Assembly: GCA_963665095.1 (NCBI GenBank) | Contig: OY762069.1 | Span: 128,001-192,000 of the forward strand | DNA from: an uncultured Desulfobacter sp. | GTDB taxonomy: Bacteria > Desulfobacterota > Desulfobacteria > Desulfobacterales > Desulfobacteraceae | Reading direction: 5' to 3' | Length of the DNA stretch: 64,000 bases | In this document: positions 59,390-64,000 of the stretch, piece by piece | Layout of the letters: each line of letters starts with the position of its first letter | Position numbering within the stretch: the first letter of the stretch is position 1 | The notes under the pieces: model-generated | The model's input: the letters and a program-made list of their open reading frames with translations, nothing else | Databases searched by the model: none | Told to the model about the DNA's origin: nothing | Translations under genes and position numbers: made by a program

Positions 59390-61723
59390 TTACTGATTAA
59401 AGATTTCCTGTAATTTCAACGCAAGGGAATGCTCTGTAAAGGGTTTATTTAAAAAATTCAATCCCTTGTCCAAAATTCCATGGTGGGCGATGATATCGGC
59501 GGTGTATCCGGACATAAATAAAATTTTGATATCCGGATATATTTTTTGGATCCGGTCAGCCAGTTGTCTGCCGTTCATCTCCGGCATGATAACATCGGTT
59601 ATCAGTAAATGGATGGGTTGCCTGTTCTCAAGTGCCAGTTCAAGCGCTTCATGGGGGGTGTCAGCAGAAAGAACCCTGTAGCCCAGGTCAATAAGCATTT
59701 TTTGCCCCAGCTCCAGAATGGCTTTATCATCCTCCACAAGCAGCACCCTGTATCCTTTTGTGGATGACAGATCAATACCGTCTTTTGTTTTCTCTTTTAG
59801 AAGGCTGTCACCGGTTTTGGGCAGGTATACACTGATGGTTGTCCCTTTTCCGGGTTCACTGTAAGCGTTGATGACCCCGTTATTCTGCTTAATGATCCCG
59901 TAAACAGTTGCCAGCCCAAGGCCTGTTCCCTTGCCGGCCCCCTTTGTTGTAAAAAAAGGTTCAAACATATTACCCAGGGTTTCAGATGTCATCCCCTGTC
60001 CGTCGTCACTTACGGCCAGCATAACATATTCCCCGGGAGTAAATTCCGGATTCTGATCACAATACGCCTGGTCAAAAATGACATTTTTTGTTTCAATAGA
60101 GATCTTTCCCGTACTAATGATGGCATCTCTGGAATTAACGCATAAATTAGCAAGAATCTGATCTATCTGGGAGGGGTCCATTTTTACCGGCCACAGATTT
60201 TTTCCAGGCAACCATTCAAGCCGGATGGCTTCACCTATGAGCCGGCTAAGAATTTTTGACATATTGTCAACCGACTCATTCAAATCGATCACAATGGGTG
60301 CAACAGGCTGTTTCCGTGCAAATGCCAGCAACTGGCGTGTAAGTTCGGCTGCACGTGTTGCGGCCGTATGTACCTGTTTAAAATTGGCATAAAGGGGGTC
60401 GTCTTCGTCCAGAGACCCCATGGAGAGTTCAGCATACCCGATAATAATAGTTGAAATATTGTTGTAATCATGGGCAATGCCACCGGCAAGTCGGCCGATT
60501 GACTCCATTTTCTGGGCCTGAACCAGCCTTTGCTCCATTTGTTTAAGGGCCTTTTCAGCCTCTTTACGGTCCGTGACATTTTGAAAGATGCCTTTTGTGA
60601 TCAGGGGACTGTTGTTATCATAGACTGTTGTTGTGACGCCCTGGATCTGAACTTCTTCTCCTGTTTCAAAGATCAGGCAAAATTCCAGGTTTTTTTCCTG
60701 ATTTGCGGGCACAGGCCTTGAGATTTCCAGCGCTACCCGGTCCCGGTCCCGGGGATGCACCGCACCTATAAACCTGTCGTAGGACAATGCATTTTCACAG
60801 GCATCATACCCAAGCAGCCGGTAAAACCCCTTTGACCAGTAGTCTTCTCCTGTTTCACGGTTCCTTTCAAAATATCCAAGCCTGGCAATATCCTCAGCCT
60901 GCTCAAGCGCATCCACGGTCTTTTTTAACTGCCGTTCCTCCTGTTCAAGTTTGAGAACCAGCTCTTTTTCCCGGAAGAGAGTTGCCTTGAGCTCTTCGGT
61001 CCGATCCCTGACTTTTTGTTCAAGGTTGGAATTCAGATCCATGGCCGTATTTTCAGCCTGTTTCAGCAGGATGTTAAGCAGGAAATCGCGGCGGGACATC
61101 AGCTCCTGTGAATAGCAGACCATCATTCCCAAAAGATTAATGCCGAACATATAAAAAAAGCCCATGGATTGTATGTGAAACGCAATATCCGTAAACACGG
61201 CCACACACACCGTATAGAGCAGTACTATGGTATTACCTGCGGCACAGGCCCATAAAAATGTCAGCCGGATAAAGGTATAACAAAAAAACAGGCAGAAAAT
61301 GATGCCAACAAAATTATAGGGTAACGCCTGCTGGGGCCCAAAGCTGCTGACAAAGGCGAATCCGGAACCTGTTACCAATACGTAAAAGGCAAAAAGCTGC
61401 TGCCAGTATCCGGCATAGTACCGCAACGCAACATAGGATGATGCCAGGCCCACAAGGAAAATCACGGTTACCAGGCTGATAACCCCTATCCAGACAGTCA
61501 GTCGCGACGGATCAACAACAAACGCATCCCACAATCCAACCACGGAATAGAAAAAAATGGCAATCAGATGACAGGCACGTCCGATTTGCAGATTATTTTC
61601 AAAATAGGTTCGTTTAAACTCTGCTTCCAGGCTGCTGTCCTTAAAGCAGAGCGTCAACAGATCAATTGAGAAGTCATCTCCATTATCACATCGCTTAAAA
61701 AGCTGAAGCAAAATGCCTCCCAT
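59390..61723 (-). CDS. Hybrid sensor histidine kinase (6TM sensor, PAS, HisKA, HATPase, receiver)
   Basis: GGIAHDYNN, NLCVNSRDA, GTGLGL, LLVEDD...TDVIMP. Confidence 0.92.
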   Translation of the reverse strand: MGGILLQLFKRCDNGDDFSIDLLTLCFKDSSLEAEFKRTYFENNLQIGRACHLIAIFFYSVVGLWDAFVVDPSRLTVWIGVISLVTVIFLVGLASSYVALRYYAGYWQQLFAFYVLVTGSGFAFVSSFGPQQALPYNFVGIIFCLFFCYTFIRLTFLWACAAGNTIVLLYTVCVAVFTDIAFHIQSMGFFYMFGINLLGMMVCYSQELMSRRDFLLNILLKQAENTAMDLNSNLEQKVRDRTEELKATLFREKELVLKLEQEERQLKKTVDALEQAEDIARLGYFERNRETGEDYWSKGFYRLLGYDACENALSYDRFIGAVHPRDRDRVALEISRPVPANQEKNLEFCLIFETGEEVQIQGVTTTVYDNNSPLITKGIFQNVTDRKEAEKALKQMEQRLVQAQKMESIGRLAGGIAHDYNNISTIIIGYAELSMGSLDEDDPLYANFKQVHTAATRAAELTRQLLAFARKQPVAPIVIDLNESVDNMSKILSRLIGEAIRLEWLPGKNLWPVKMDPSQIDQILANLCVNSRDAIISTGKISIETKNVIFDQAYCDQNPEFTPGEYVMLAVSDDGQGMTSETLGNMFEPFFTTKGAGKGTGLGLATVYGIIKQNNGVINAYSEPGKGTTISVYLPKTGDSLLKEKTKDGIDLSSTKGYRVLLVEDDKAILELGQKMLIDLGYRVLSADTPHEALELALENRQPIHLLITDVIMPEMNGRQLADRIQKIYPDIKILFMSGYTADIIAHHGILDKGLNFLNKPFTEHSLALKLQEIFNQ

Positions 61724-61936
61724 TATGCTTTGTACTTAACTAAATATGACTTTAGTTCCTATTTCAATGTCAAATTGCTGCATAGTATCCGACAACCAAT
61801 AGAATTTCAAATTTTTATCCGCCATCTGTGGAAAAGCGATCACCTGCGGCATTTTACATGGGAAAATGGATAGTGATAAAAAATAAATGTGAGGTAATGG
61901 GGTATAGGTGCGGCTGTTTTTGCCTGGGGTTTGAAT

Positions 61937-62824
61937 CTAAGACATGAGCCGGGCCAGTTTTTCATCCTTTTCCATCCAGATCTGGTTCAGCCACTCGCAG
62001 AACTGCTGTTTGAACTCGTCATTGTTGAAATAATCCCCAATGAGGTGTTTCCCCACAGGGAATACATCTACATCCACGATGATTTGTCTGGTCTTTCCGG
62101 ATATATAGTCCCAGAAAGTGGGTACCCCGCCGGGATAGGCAATGCTGACATTGACGATATTGTGGAGATAGTCTCCCATGGAACCCAGGACAAAGGCAAT
62201 GCCGCCCGCTCTGGGCAGCAGCAGCCGTTGAAAGGGTGATTTCTGGCGGTCATGTTTTTTGGGGGTGAACCGGGTGCCTTCCACAAAGTTCATGACGGAG
62301 ACAGGGGTGTGCTTGAATTTTTCACAGGCCCGTTTAGTGCTTTCAAGATCTTTGCCCTTAAGATGGGGATTGTCTTTTAAAAACTGCCTGGAATACCGTT
62401 TCATAAACGGAAAGTCCAAAGCCCACCAGGCCACACCAAGAAAGGGTACCCAGATCAGCTCCTTTTTCAAAAAGAATTTCAGCATGGGGATTTTGCGGTT
62501 AAATATTTTTTGCAGCACCAGAATATCCACCCAGGACTGGTGATTGGAAATCACCAGATACCAGTCCTTTTGTTTCAGCTTATCCAACCCCTTTACCTGC
62601 CACTGGATTTTGTTGAACAGGGCGCTGTTCCAGCCGTTAATACTGATCCACAGGGTGGCAATGCTGATAAGCACCTTATCCAGAAAAACAATCACCGGTT
62701 TAAACGGCAAGAAGAATTTTAAAAAGGAGATAAGCATCAGGGGCGTCACCAGCAAAACAGTGTTCACTAGATAACCTAAAAATGAAAGCGCGCCTTTAAG
62801 GGAAGATGGAAGAAAATCGAGCAT
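61937..62824 (-). CDS. PlsC-family acyltransferase (YihG-like)
   Basis: NHQSWVD, KFFLKKEL, FPFMKR, NFVEGTRF. Confidence 0.9.
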   Translation of the reverse strand: MLDFLPSSLKGALSFLGYLVNTVLLVTPLMLISFLKFFLPFKPVIVFLDKVLISIATLWISINGWNSALFNKIQWQVKGLDKLKQKDWYLVISNHQSWVDILVLQKIFNRKIPMLKFFLKKELIWVPFLGVAWWALDFPFMKRYSRQFLKDNPHLKGKDLESTKRACEKFKHTPVSVMNFVEGTRFTPKKHDRQKSPFQRLLLPRAGGIAFVLGSMGDYLHNIVNVSIAYPGGVPTFWDYISGKTRQIIVDVDVFPVGKHLIGDYFNNDEFKQQFCEWLNQIWMEKDEKLARLMS

Positions 62825-63195
62825 GAATGAAGTCTCCTTTTGGGTTAAAGGTTTCCGGGTACCTGCCTGGCCGGTTTAACTCATGCCTGTTGTCAGGGCA
62901 ATAAACCGGTTTCAAATAATATATGTAAGCCATTCATAATGTGTTTTTATATTCCGGGTCAATATTTCTTTTTATTTAACAGGCAGCGGCTGTTACAGCC
63001 TTTCTGAGGCAATTTGGCCCAGAGCGAAACACGCAGGAATTCGGTTGGTTATAAATTGGTTTTATTATATATTAATCGCAGATTTTTCCATGGTGTAAAA
63101 AGAACTGACATATCTTGGGTTGTATTTTAAACAGCTTGGCTCATTTCTTCTTTTATTACAGTGTGTTGAAAATAGATTTCGCGGATCGTCTCGCC

Positions 63196-63211
63196 TGGTA
63201 TGGTCATTGCC
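63196..63211 (+). promoter_or_regulatory. Sigma-54 promoter
   Basis: TGGTATGGTCATTGCC (GG-N10-GC), about 130 bp upstream of the ATG at 63344. Confidence 0.6.
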
Positions 63212-63343
63212 TAAACAGGTCTTAGACCCCGGCCTGTATTGAATTTTGACACGGCCGGGTCAGATAACACTGATTATTTTGCACGTCCTGATTTAAATAT
63301 TCCGGGACCACAAAGGTTTCGGCAGACCATTAGGAGGAAACAG

Positions 63344-64000
63344 ATGGCAAAAGTCATTTTCGGGGTCTGGGACAATCTGGTAATCGATAACCGGGGCAAA
63401 AAAATTTTTGAGATTGAGGAGCATCCCGAATTCAAGGATTTTGATGAATTTAACCCGGGCAATCCCATCAAGGCCTTTCTTGGACCCCATGGTTTTTTTA
63501 TTTTTGAACCAGGGGTCAATCTTTTAGATGCTGTTCGCCAGTATATGGAGCGGGTGGCAAAGGAATCCTGCGGTAAATGCACACCCTGCCGGGTGGGCAC
63601 CCAGATTATCCGGTCCAAACTGGCAGACCTGGCCATGGGTAGGGGCGGACCTCAACTTCTGAATGAAATCGAAGCCGTGGCAGTGCATGTCAGGACCACT
63701 TCCATGTGCGGATTGGGCCGTACCGCCACCGTGGCCCTGGAGGAGATGATCCGGTATTTCAGGGAAGAGCTGAGTCCTGGCTGCTCAGCCAGTGAAATTC
63801 CGGACATCCAGCCCGGCATCACATATATTACAGCCCCCTGTATCGAGGCCTGCCCTTCCCGGGTGGATGTGCCGCGGTACATTGATTATGTCAAGGATGG
63901 CAAGTTCACCCACTCTCTGGGCATCATTCTGCAGAAATACCCCATGGCCGCCACCTGCGGCCGGGTCTGTGTCCGGTTCTGCGAAATGGCCTGTCAGAGA
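63344..64000 (+). CDS. SfrB/GltD-like Fe-S flavoprotein oxidoreductase (3'-partial; not in the ORF track)
   Basis: AGGAGG RBS, then MAKVIFGVWDNLVIDNRG...ESCGKCTPCRVG...CGLG...TAPCIEACP...CGRVCVRFCEMAC, open to the window end. Confidence 0.88.
   Translation, partial: MAKVIFGVWDNLVIDNRGKKIFEIEEHPEFKDFDEFNPGNPIKAFLGPHGFFIFEPGVNLLDAVRQYMERVAKESCGKCTPCRVGTQIIRSKLADLAMGRGGPQLLNEIEAVAVHVRTTSMCGLGRTATVALEEMIRYFREELSPGCSASEIPDIQPGITYITAPCIEACPSRVDVPRYIDYVKDGKFTHSLGIILQKYPMAATCGRVCVRFCEMACQR

Noticed and set aside
463..63882. Numerous antisense or overlapping ORFs in the six-frame track (e.g. 11653-12444, 51602-52438, 53586-54212, 63274-63636)
   Set aside because: They are shadows of well-supported genes on the other strand or frame and carry no recognisable motifs.

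Overview
This looks like chromosomal DNA of an anaerobic sulfate reducer of the Desulfobacter/Desulfobacteraceae type, inferred from gene content (IspH-UbiA fusion, SfrB-like oxidoreductase, corrinoid methyltransferase system, several sigma-54 promoters). 1) About 1.6-15.8 kb is a decaying accessory hot spot. It holds five complete and one truncated attC-like site, all on the minus strand, with no integron integrase in the window (CALIN-like). Between the sites lie an AbiEi/AbiEii toxin-antitoxin pair, a Doc/Fic plus DNA-binding gene pair, hypothetical genes, a RAYT transposase remnant, an IS91-family (Y2) transposase pseudogene and a 97-bp gene-less unit. The IS91-like unit and the gene-less unit share one end architecture: imperfect terminal inverted repeats that start in the attC core boxes. 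An oppositely oriented vWA/XpaC/solute-binding/TelA operon and a dnaK fragment interrupt the array. 2) The hot spot sits inside a metal/siderophore-uptake neighbourhood: two paralogous TonB receptors, AraC regulators, an RhtX/FptX-like MFS permease, two methyltransferases and a periplasmic binding protein, with a recurring TTAG-N6-CTAA-like promoter motif. 3) Signalling and redox genes follow, plus a sigma-54-driven nifB with no nifHDK in the window. 4) A ~1790-aa pseudokinase-STAND-GAF-sigma54 activator lies divergent from a non-pyrrolysine MttB/corrinoid/methyl-THF methyltransferase operon with APC and NCS1 permeases. 5) The window ends with housekeeping genes: acyl-CoA ligase, carboxyltransferase, parAB, ispH-ubiA, a FapA-like gene, a hybrid kinase, an acyltransferase and a partial sfrB-like gene. 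I saw no rRNA, tRNA or CRISPR array. All product calls come from motif recognition by eye, not database searches.
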